Source: Bipalium vagum (lineage: Eukaryota). Taken from it: a stretch of DNA of 40,849 nt. The position numbers and the translations under genes are program-made. Where the stretch lies: assembly GCA_037834085.1 (NCBI GenBank), contig JBBMKC010021410.1:1-40849 (forward strand), given 5' to 3'. The notes beneath the pieces were generated by a model, which was not told the origin of the DNA, ran no database searches, and saw nothing but the letters and a program-made list of their open reading frames with translations. Every line of letters starts with the position of its first letter. The first letter of the stretch is position 1. Positions 25,200-35,618 of this stretch are shown here, piece after piece.

Positions 25200-25950
25200 A
25201 TGAGTGCCAATTTAATTAAAGAAATTTTGACAAATTTAACAAAGTACCTATTTCTAAAATGCAATTTTCCTAATTAAAATTTGATTTACAACAATCATTA
25301 CAAAATCCTTATTACATTGAGTCAGTGATAATTGCACAAAATTAATTGCAAATGGTAAGTTCAAATTCCAAATAAAGAGAATTATAAGCACAAAAAAATA
25401 CAATATTTGGTAGACAAATTGCTCATGCCCCAATTTTTCAGAATAATTCATTGACTTGGCATGGAATCTATGAAATTGTTAGCTTAATTGATTTAATAAA
25501 ACGAATAAAAAATTCTTGCGCAATCATCGTATAAACATCAGTTTAAGTTTTAAAACTTTATGAGGAGCCATAGAAATGTTCTTTTATGAATGTACCTATT
25601 TTCATTACAGTTTCTGATCTGCAAAAAAATCTAGTTGAATTAAATCATCAAATCAAAACTGAAATATATTGGTCATACTTATTCAAAATGTTTTGACCAT
25701 AATAATATTTTCATTGATTTTCATTCCATTTACTTAGAAAAATATTTTGTATTGTCTGTCTACATCTGAGCGATATCGAAGTTTAACCAATTGAAATTTT
25801 GAAAATAGTAATTTCCTTTTAAAATTCCAATCAACAAATTTTGGATAAACGAACTTATATTAAATTAATTGTCACACATTTAACTTTTCATGATTCTATA
25901 AGGTCAGAAAAAGCAAAATTGAAACCCTAATCGACCTCGTTTGGTAAAAA
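25200..25950 (-). mobile_element. Highly decayed Gypsy-like integrase relic
   Basis: Scattered, frameshifted motifs appear in integrase order (KWNE.., YISVLI.D, FYG...TD, ..HxxxN.., WNLNLPFA). Boundaries are approximate. Confidence 0.4.
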
Positions 25951-26193
25951 TAAGCATATATTAAAAAACTGACAAACCATTGACCATTGATACAATACCG
26001 TCATAATTAAGAATGGAAAACTTTGCCATGTTTATTATTGACATGATAAATCTACAATTGAGCAGTACATGTTTTAATAACAGACACATTACTAGATATA
26101 AAATCGATGTATTACATAATATTTACAATCGGTAAATCGATCAAAAATTGAAAACATCTATTGAAAATCAAAAATGTAAATCGATTATTTTCT

Positions 26194-27213
26194 CTATAGG
26201 ACGTTCTTTACATTTTGAGCGTAAAAACTTTTTACCATGTTCTCGGTCTTGTTTCCAACATACCTGGAAATCATGAGAAAATTCTCACCAAACATCCCGA
26301 GAGCTTGAAAGAAGCTGAACACTTCCTGGCGGTTCCAAATCTCGTCTGGCGGGCCACACAAATCATTGGCGGCTTTGGCCACATCAACGTAAACAACCTC
26401 ACGGTTTTCAATCATCTTAACCTCAGTATCGGACGACACGGTTCGGCTGCTTGCCACTTCTTTCAACTTGGCGACAATTTCGTCATACTGTTCTTCGGAG
26501 GGAATCTTTGACAGTTTGTTGTACTGCTTCTTGTACCGGGCCAGTCGTCTCTTGATCTTCAGCTTGTTGGACATGTAGAAGTGGAGCAGTTCTCCCATGG
26601 TGTAGTTTGGAAACTGTTATAGGAGAGTAATCGAAAAAAGTTTGGTTAATTACAACATAATTTCATAAATTTATTAAAGTCAACTTTGCTGTGAATTTGA
26701 CGGAAACACCTTTTCCGTTTCAAACTGTTTTTGCGAATATTTATCATAATTCTGCTGATTTTCTCCGCAGTTGCTACAACGTCAAGTTCAAACAGCCCAA
26801 TCCTGGGACGGTATTGTGAGATATCAGCTAGGGCTGATGAGACATCATGATCATTACATTGGAGAGCCAATAATGCCTGATCCTCTCGATAACTGTAGTC
26901 AACTTTAAAAGGAACAAAAATGAACCAACAAGTCCATACCCCATTTGTTTAAGATTATTTATATAATTATTTATTTCTACATCTCCCAATACATCAGGCT
27001 TTTTCCACAAGCATGTCTCTCTCTCTGAACTTTCTTTCTGATAATTTTCAATTAGATTAATATTTGTTATATATTGTGGTAATTTATGACAAGTGTTTTC
27101 AACAGAAAACTCTCTTTTTTCAACATTGTTAGCCTAATTTGATAAAAGTAACGCAATAACTTAATGAAATACAATAAACATACTAAGCCAGATTCTGAAG
27201 GAATTAATTTCAT
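26194..27213 (-). CDS. CoREST/RCOR-like ELM2-SANT-SANT protein, paralog B (~283 aa); exons 27213-27184, 27133-26940, 26892-26685, 26613-26194
   Basis: Three GT-AG introns (50, 47, 71 nt) give an open 852-nt CDS. LWKKPDVLGDVEINNYINNLKQMGYREDQALLALQCNDHDVSSALADISQYRP parallels RCOR ELM2 (..GYNxEQALGML..HNIEKSLADLPNFTP). RCFRQIHSKFPNYTMGELLHFY parallels SANT1, and WNRQEVFSFFQALGMFGENFLMISRYVGNKTENMVKSFY is SANT2. Confidence 0.82.
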
Positions 27214-28519
27214 GAAATTTTCATATAATTAAATTTTAAAATAATTTGAAATAAATTAAGAATTACACTAAATTCAAACAAATTATATTCAAGCCTGTCA
27301 GTTATGGTTTAATAAAAATGTCTGTTAAGCAATTTTCCAAAGATTTGTAACTTAATTTTAAAAAAAAAATATTTTTTTTATTATTAAAATTTGAAGTACC
27401 CAATGAAATAAGTTATGATATTACATACATTTTTAAACCTAAAATTAAAAAAATCGTAGAAAGTAAAATGTATTTTTAAAATAAATTTTATCAAATAAAT
27501 AACTTTTATGTTTGAATACATTTAATTTTGAAAAATATGAATCAATAAATTATATTGATTATTAATTTATTCTTAAACTAAAACTTTTGTAACCGATAAA
27601 ATAACTTACGAATATGCAATTCAAAAATGTATATTCAATTCATTATTATAAATTTTATCAATGAGATTAAAAATTTTTAGTTGTAAATAATAGTTAATCA
27701 ACATTCTCATATGTATATAATATTTTATGCATTGATTTTTTTACTAAATACTAAAACGATTTTTAGTAGTGCTTTAAATATATATTAGTTTACTTAAAAA
27801 ATCATAACATATTTAGTAAGTGATTTAAAAGTATATTTATTAAATCCATCCATATTTTGACATATTCAAGTTAAATCCAAAGTCCTTTAATTAGGATGGA
27901 AATTTAAAGAATGTTTATGAATTAATTTCGAATTGTACTATATGTTATAGTTAATTAATCATTAAGTAAGGTATCAAATAAATATGATTTACCAATAGAA
28001 TGATAGTGAATTACAATTAAACGGGATTAACTGAGAATTTATATAAATATGCAATTGTGCAAGAAATTTGATTTTGTGTTTGATACGATATTAGGTAGAA
28101 TCCAGCCGAGAAGGATGAGAATTGATGTAAGCTACTTGGATTTCAATTCCAACATCTCGAAGTAAAGAAAAACCCTGGTCAGATTTACTTTTGCCGTGGT
28201 AACTCGGTACCCTATTATTCTTTGCGACATATGGTGAGGTAAGATAAGCCCTGGACACCATATATTATTAAGACCATCAGCTTTGAATGGAAATTTCAAT
28301 GGGCCATCAGAGTCGAGTCTCTACATTTATTTATGATAATATTGAATGGTGTTTAAAGTTTTCGTATTTTATAAAATCAATGAAATTTAATAAAAAAAGT
28401 AGAATAAGACACATCAACTTTTACATTGACAATCTTTTATTAATTTTTCAGATGGAATCATTGTTCATGACTTTTTTAGCGAAAAATTGTATAAAATATT
28501 TAGTTAACTTTAATTAAAT

Positions 28520-29920
28520 TCGATTAAAATCAGTACCAATGTTTTCATTTGCTAACAACAATATTTTTATAAATTTCTTTTTGAGAACAACCGATTTCTT
28601 AATAATAAATTGTCAAAACCCAGTTTTCGGTGGCCTGAATCTATTCATGGACCAACGGTGATGTTTGGTTCCTCGGCTGGAGTTGACATGCCATGGCCAG
28701 AAAGTAATTTTCATTCATAAACATTGTTATTCGATTGAGAACTGAACCCACCAGGTTGTTATTCTATTCATAGAATTTTTCAGTCAAAAGTATCTCCATC
28801 TCTTTCGCTTCGCCTGAAGCTCATATGAAAAAAAGGTTTATGATCGAACGACTCCTGAAAAGTGATGAACAAATCACAGTCCATTAATGACTAAGTTCTG
28901 GACTTATCTTCATTATATTCTTATCTTAAGTATATTTAACAATATTACATCTTAAAATCTAATACTTGGTTTTTGCACACGATGTAAATAACCATGGTAC
29001 CGCCGTACAAAATCTAATGACACCTTATTGCATCAGAGAAAATTACCTTAATATTTTTTAGTTACTTGCCTCTTAAATGAAATTAAAAACGGAGAATTGA
29101 GTTAACATTATTAACAAATTGGTTCCAGATTCTGTCGTTTTTATTATTAAGATGTTTATCTGTTGGAAACTACAAAAATAAAATATAAAGTAGCTCAAAT
29201 GTTTACACTGCACTCGTTATTATAGAAAATCAAGGTAACCTTAAAAATTAAGTTTTGCTTAAAGAAACGTTTATAACAGGAACACACTTGATAATTCATC
29301 ACTACACTTTTATATAAACTATTCATTCAATTTTTACATTTCTTAGAGTAACTAAAATCAATTTCCCGCGTAAGGTTGACATCAACATATTGTTAATATT
29401 GATCCATACCTTAATGTATTTTTGTAACTTAATCTTTTTCAATAAAACATGAATCAACAAATAAATGATAAACAGAAACGAAACAAAATCTCCAAATATG
29501 TCTAAGCTCAAACTAATTTCTTTAAACATATTCCGGTTTGGGGATTTTACTAGAATTTGTCTGCGTAAAAAATGAAAGAAAACGGTTTGTCGTGGCTTTG
29601 GGAGAACACAGAAAGTTGGAAAAAAACTTGTGAACAATACCGAGATTTTTTGCGTTCTGCGCAATATGAATCGAAGAATTTTCAGAATATTTCCAATATT
29701 TGGCTAGGTTTCTTGCATTTCTATGTTCACATATTAATTATTTATATGAATTATTTTCAAAAAAGTTACATAGTTAGAGATTCTACATTCACAATAAGAT
29801 TGAGCTGTTCGGACTTCAGTTCATCTCTGATTATTAGGGCTAGCACAAGAGATTCATTGAGTTCTAAAAAGATCATAAAATTTTATAAGTAGTAAGTATC
29901 AGAATCAAATTGAATCTAAT
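28520..29920 (-). pseudogene. Possible decayed spliced gene of unknown family
   Basis: Exon-like blocks are separated by short GT...AG AT-rich segments (for example near 29170-29206 and 29722-29770), but the frames contain stops. No homology recognised. Confidence 0.3.
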
Positions 29921-29942
29921 TAAAATATATAATTCATTATAC

Positions 29943-30017
29943 TATAATAATAATAAATAATAATAATAAAAAAAAAATAATAATAAATAATAAACATTGA
30001 TTAATATTTAATAATAA
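29943..30017. repeat. Degenerate (TAA)n tract
   Basis: Interrupted TAA/A-rich run. Confidence 0.75.
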
Positions 30018-30499
30018 GGACGAATATCCTTATCAGGAGATTATCTATCCCAAAAGGATTCCGGTTTCTCTACCTACGAAATCCAGTTAGATTTTGTGGC
30101 GGCAATGGCAGGTACTACCTAGCGATTAGTGTATGTCGTTCTGTGAACTCTTATTGGTCGCAATTAATTATATTGAAAGTTAGTAGAAATCGGATGTAAA
30201 GGCAATTTTGAAAAGACAACTTGAGATGATATTTTAGAAAAGAATTTTGAGCCAATTGTAAATTATTTGACGGATAATTTGATGAAGTATGATTTTCTAT
30301 GGTTTTCCTGTCGGTCGTACTCCGTCGAACTTGACTAACCACGACAGCCAAGAAAGGCAGCTTGTGATAAATCGAAGAACTAATACGGATTGTTTTGGAA
30401 ACTTTGTTATTTATTTATTTTAATATTTAATAGTTATATATTACTGTATTTTCGTGCATAGAATCCTCATTTCCATTTTAAAACTGAATTTTCAATAAA

Positions 30500-30755
30500 A
30501 ATGTTAGCAATGCTTAGATTACACAATCTCTTCATCTGAAAAAAATTACTGCGACTAGAAGCTTCGTGTTTCAGAGAGTGAACAAGCAATTTGCACCAGG
30601 AAACTCTTTTTAGCTTGGTAGTTTCCAAATCATCTAGTGAACTTTCAGAGTCTAAGATCTTCATCAGCCAAGTAACGCATAGTTCTTTCACTCATTTCCA
30701 AGATTGATGCCATTTTCCGCATTAATGTTCCTGGGTCCCCTTTCATCTACCTTTC
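30500..30755 (-). mobile_element. DD37D (maT)-like transposase fragment
   Basis: PGTLMRKMASILEMSERTMRYLADEDLRL* then, after a frameshift, KRVSWCKLLVHSLKHE...FFSDE. This is the HTH-to-first-Asp segment typical of DD37D elements. Confidence 0.6.
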
Positions 30756-30759
30756 CCTT

Positions 30760-31930
30760 TCTGATTAACAGAAATATTAAGAGACTGTAAAATACCTGCC
30801 ATTCTTCCATGAATTATTGAAAGATTTGGTCCAGATTGATTCAAAAATTGGTTTGTTATTTCTAATTTATGATTTGTCATTGAATCAAGAATGAGAATTG
30901 ATTCTTCTCAAAAAACCCCATTAAATTTTCCATTAAAGCACTTAGACATCTAAATGTTCATTATGTCTTCATTCATCCATCATTTTATGTTAGAAGTAAT
31001 AACAAAATATGTCGAAAAATATTCATTGGTCCAGAAATACATTTGAATATATCACGTGGATTAAGTTTAGTCCAATTTGCAGAACAATGCAGAACTGTAA
31101 AACTATTTTTCTCGTTTCCTGCGGTTTTAAGGTTAATTGTTTTTCGCTAACTGAATTAACTGTACATGTTGATGGAAAATCAAATGTCATCTGTACTTCA
31201 CCCATATTAAAAATCTGTACTTTATTGTAATCATAGTTTCCCTTTCCTTATTAATTTATTAAATAAAATTACTTTTCAATTCCTTCAATTACATTTCAGT
31301 ATTTGTCCAATGTTGTACGAACTAAAATTGACAGATTGTTATGTTTCATAAATGTATGAATCCAATTTGTAGAACATTTAAAACTAGTAACACCGTTTTC
31401 GAAAACAATTTCTTTCGCCGGATATTTAAAAACAATTTTTGAAACTCAATTACTGTCTCCAAGTTAAAACAATTCTTCAATCCATGTTCAATATCAGGTT
31501 ACTTACATTTTGAGCCTCGTTTTGCTCTTTTGGGGATTATGTTGTTATTTTCAATTCTTGTTTCCTTCAATCTCCTATTGATTTTTATTCTACTTGATTC
31601 TTTCTTCGATTTCCCATGTAATTTTGGAAAATCAATAATCTTCAATTTGATTAATGCTGAGTACGCTTCTGAGTTACTATAAAAACTAACCATAATAAAA
31701 GATTTAGCAGTCAGATTAAACGAAGTTTAATAAGACTTTCTGACTTATGAAATTGTTTCTTATTGCGTAGATGGTATAATTTTTACACCAAACTCACGTA
31801 TTAGATTGGGAGTCAGATAATAACCAGTTTGATTAATGTTAAAATATTAACAAATCATATACATATATAATAAATCTTAACCGAAAATTAAATTAATTGG
31901 TTTAATCTTATAAGATTTTACAAATCTTAT
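30760..31930 (-). mobile_element. Decayed pogo-like (CENP-B HTH + DDE_1) transposon
   Basis: FKCSTNWIHTFMKHNNLS..RTT, IFNMGEVQMTFDFPSTCTV, KTAGNEKNSFTVL, WMNEDIM, ILILDSMTNH and IIHGRMAGILQSLNISVN appear in the canonical pogo order, with stops and frameshifts. Confidence 0.82.
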
Positions 31931-32086
31931 AATTAACTATTTAAAATACTTAACTTAAAGTCATTTCACTGTCAACATAGACTGCTTTTCTATTATGTTT
32001 ATTTTCCTTTGAATCGTCTGTCAGTTGTCAATCTCACTAACTAATAAATTATAATTTTATCACCAAATATTTCGTCTAGATCATTC

Positions 32087-32400
32087 TTAGGTTGATGCAA
32101 AAGAAATGTCGGTTTTTAAAAAGAAATTTTGAGTGAGCATAAGTTTTCTCATAATAGATTTTATTTATTACAATAAAATCCATTAGAATCAACACAGCGT
32201 TGCCAACAATATGGAAGTTTATTTATTCCGGAAACGTAGAATTCAGAGGCTTTTAATTGGATAAAATCGCTGAAAGTGTTTTTGGAACCGTCTTGGCTCT
32301 TGAACAGTTTCTCGCTCAAGAAGTTGTTGAGGTGCTTGAAGAAATGATAATCTGTATTTGAGAGGTCGGGTGAATATGGTCAATGGTCTAGAGTCTCATA
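32087..32400 (-). mobile_element. 3' fragment of a cecropia/Hsmar1-like mariner with one TIR
   Basis: The minus strand gives PYSPDLSNTDYHFFKHLNNFLSEKLF...FYVSGINKLPYCWQRCVDSNGFY. TIR TTAGGTTGATGCAAAAGAAATGTCGGTT resembles the Hsmar1/MADE1 TIR. Confidence 0.88.
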
Positions 32401-32424
32401 TGATAATTAATTTTACTTTATCAA

Positions 32425-32510
32425 TTTATTATTATTATTATAATTATAATTATTATTATTTTATTTTTTTATTTTTAAAAATTTTTTTTATTACTACTAT
32501 TATTATTATT
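32425..32510. repeat. Degenerate (TTA)n tract
   Basis: Interrupted TTA run. Confidence 0.7.
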
Positions 32511-33182
32511 TATCAAATTGTAGAACGCAAAATGGATAAATTTATTATCATTGCTTTACTGAGCAATTATTATTTAGAGAACAGTGAGCATTATTCAAAG
32601 ACACTTATTAATCATTTAGATCCATTTGAGCGCGAAAAACAATACCAAAAGCTTTGAATTTTATTATCCCACTGTGTCTATTATTAAATCACGAATTTTT
32701 GATTATCGTAGAAACTGAATCAAAGTCACTGTCTGTTTTTAGTTTTTTAAAAACACGAATATTAACCATGTCTTGTATTTTCCTTAATTATCGTTATATC
32801 TTTGAATTTTTTATCAAACAACAAATTTAATAGAAACTTAGGCATTACACAAAACAGAAAAACCTCCCAAAAGATGAATGTCCTTTCTCAACTGTAACAC
32901 ATTTAAGAGATAATTCAAATGAATAGTGTAAAAGTTAATATATTATTAAATTAAATTCTATTTAATCTAATTTAATTTCATTTCATTAAATATTCCAAGA
33001 AGTTTGACATTACAGAATATCTAAGCATTTTGGACATAATAAGGTTTAATTTAATAAATATGTTGGGTTCAGTCCATAATAAATAATAAAAATTGAAATT
33101 AATTTCCACTAAAATAAACAATGATAGTAATAATTTTTATAATAAATATATTTAAAGATTTTCATGATAATAATAATTATTT

Positions 33183-33572
33183 TGTTACGCTTTATATTAA
33201 TATGAAAACTTCGTAGCACTTAGGTCGTAATTTTACTGACCCTTTCACTTACGTCAATAACGTGTTCGAAAATAATTGAATCAGAACGATCACAATAAAA
33301 CTTTATTTTATCAGCATAAATGCACACGATAATTGTCAAAAAATATCTATGCACAACAATAAGCAAATCGAACTCAACTGATAAAATATCATCAACTATC
33401 AATGAATAAAAAAACGAATCAAATATAATGAAAGAAAATTAAATATTAAAATAATAATCAATAAATCAGTAATTCCAACAAACCTAATGTAAATTGTCAA
33501 TATGTTAATTAATCATAAAGTAAAATAAAAAATTTAGCAAGCTCTCACAGCTTTTGGTGACGATGGGTTATC
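33183..33572 (+). mobile_element. Possible 5' LTR plus primer-binding site
   Basis: A TGTTAC...CTCACA segment (33183-33549) is followed after a few nt by TGGTGACGATGGG, which is PBS-like. No second copy in the window. Confidence 0.3.
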
Positions 33573-34779
33573 TGATCGTTAGATGAGTTTGAACTGGCTC
33601 GCTCATGAGCACTCTAACTGCGTATGACCCATCTTAGACTTCTGTTTCATAATAATAGGAATGAAAAGAAAGTCAAAATTTGTTAATATTCACCCACAAT
33701 AGTCCTCTGACACAAATAGGTTTTCGCACAAATCGTAACAATTTTTTCAATTCTGGTAGTCCATTTAGGACTCTAACGTCTTTTATACTGATCAAAGGGC
33801 TACTCAAGTCAAGAACCAATATTTTTAGTTGAGAATGTCAATTCTCTTTTTAAGTTCTAAAAAAATCAACACTTTTTTTATGAAACTCTTTTCTATCATT
33901 TTAATTTTTGACGTGCACCATTTCATTTATTTTCTTCCCTACTGCCATCAACATTTTTGATCGCTTCTGGTTGTCTTTGGCTTTGATCTAATCTTGGCAA
34001 TTCGATATTCAAAATTGTCAAAAATAAAAAATATTTTATTATTATTAATCTTTGTACTTTTAATTAATATTATAATCCCTCAAGACTATTTAGCAGTCAT
34101 CATAATTTGAAGGGTTGAAGGAATGTGTCTTTAGCCAACCAAAAAATTTTATTAGAAAAGAAAAATAAAAAAAATTTCCCATTAGTGTTGATGCCCAAAT
34201 GTGTTTTTCCCTGTTTGAAGTGTTTTAGAGGCAGCTAATGCCGACCCGGGTTCAGATGAGTTCGGTCGACGGTAAACAATCAGTTGAGGGACTCGTCGTT
34301 GGTTGAAGAATCCGGAAGACTTGTCCGATTAATGAGGCGGTTTGTTTGTTTTATTTTTGTATTGTTGTGCGAAATATAATCCGAGTGACATTAGACATTA
34401 GACTTTATTTTGGTTTGCTGGTCGAATTATTGTATAATTTAACCATAAAAAAGATAGTCAATCAGATAAGCGTAGGCGGTTAATATTTAAATATTAATAT
34501 TATTTAGTGAACCAATTGTGACTCGTCTTAATCCGGGAGTGCTTTTGCTAAGTAGTGTTCTGTGTAAATTCCTTTCGTGGAAAAGATTGTTATAAAAATT
34601 TTATCAGTTTTTTATAATTTATTAATAATTTAAAACATTTTTTTATATCAAAATATATGATTATTTTTTAAAAAAATGTTACATAGTCAATATAATAGAT
34701 TCATTTACTTATTTATTTATAAATACCAATAAATAATTTATTTATGAATACCATCTCAATCATTGGTTATTAAGTGTTA

Positions 34780-35618
34780 ATTGTATGAAAATATTTTTTC
34801 AAATAATCTTTTAATGTCGGTTTTCCATGTAAATTTGAATCAAAGATTTTATTAAACTCATTTAAATCATCCATGCTTACCTTCAATTTGAGTCATTAGG
34901 CTATTCATAACTAATTGCAACTGGCTTACATTAAGCATCCACATATATTTATCTTTAGATAAGTCAAAGCCCGGAATTGAATAGGTCTTCATTATGGAAT
35001 GAGTTCATCAATATTTCAAACTGAAAAACTTACAAATTCTTTAATACTCTGAGGCATCCTATCAAGGGTGTTTCTATGAAAGATACTTTGTGCCCATGCA
35101 GGCCGAGTTATCTAAATATTTAATTAACTTATTATTGGTTTAACAATGATAACTTTAGTCTTGAAATATATTTCGTGTTCTTCAGGAGACTCAGATTCAG
35201 GAGTTATTTGATCTTTTGGAAAACAGTTTTTAAATTTTTGGTCAATATGGATTTGCAAAGGACTTTTGATATTGTTTGAATAATTTATTCCTTGATAATT
35301 ATCTGATTTTAGATCAGTTATTTCAAGACACTGATCAATACTAGAAAAATCAGACAAAATTGAAGGACTGATACTATCCATAGCGGTATCGTCATTTGAG
35401 TCTGTTTTATTTAATCTTGTGTCATTGTCAGATAAATGATCATCAATGGAAAAGTCTGATTGACAATCTTTCCATCTTGAAAATTCTAAAGCTAAACTAT
35501 ATTTACGAATATTTTACTTGAAAATAATAAAATGTAACTTGAGCATGTTATATTTTCTGAAAACCAAGTCTGGGTCCGATTTATTTGTTGGTGTTAATGT
35601 AATTGATTTTGTGGGATT
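34780..35618 (-). CDS. Partial spliced hypothetical protein; exons 35618-35539, 35496-35154, then 35111 downward (both ends uncertain)
   Basis: Two 42-nt GT-AG introns (35497-35538, 35112-35153) join NPTKSITLTPT..., LALEFSRWKDCQSDFS... and ITRPAWAQ in frame. The product is Ser/Asp-rich and low in complexity; start and 3' exons are not resolved. Confidence 0.5.

Noticed and set aside
28560-28780. Read-through of TGA suggesting an alternative genetic code
   Set aside because: TBCK, TATDN1 and paralog A end in TGA and use TGG for conserved Trp, so the stops here are better explained by decay.
28870-29170. FPTD...W and ICS as a THAP domain
   Set aside because: The spacing and the required C2CH residues cannot be assembled in one frame.
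34250-34280. CAGATGAG...GTAAAC as a hammerhead ribozyme core
   Set aside because: It lacks the invariant CUGAnGA and GAAA core, and the segment is better explained as a simple hairpin.
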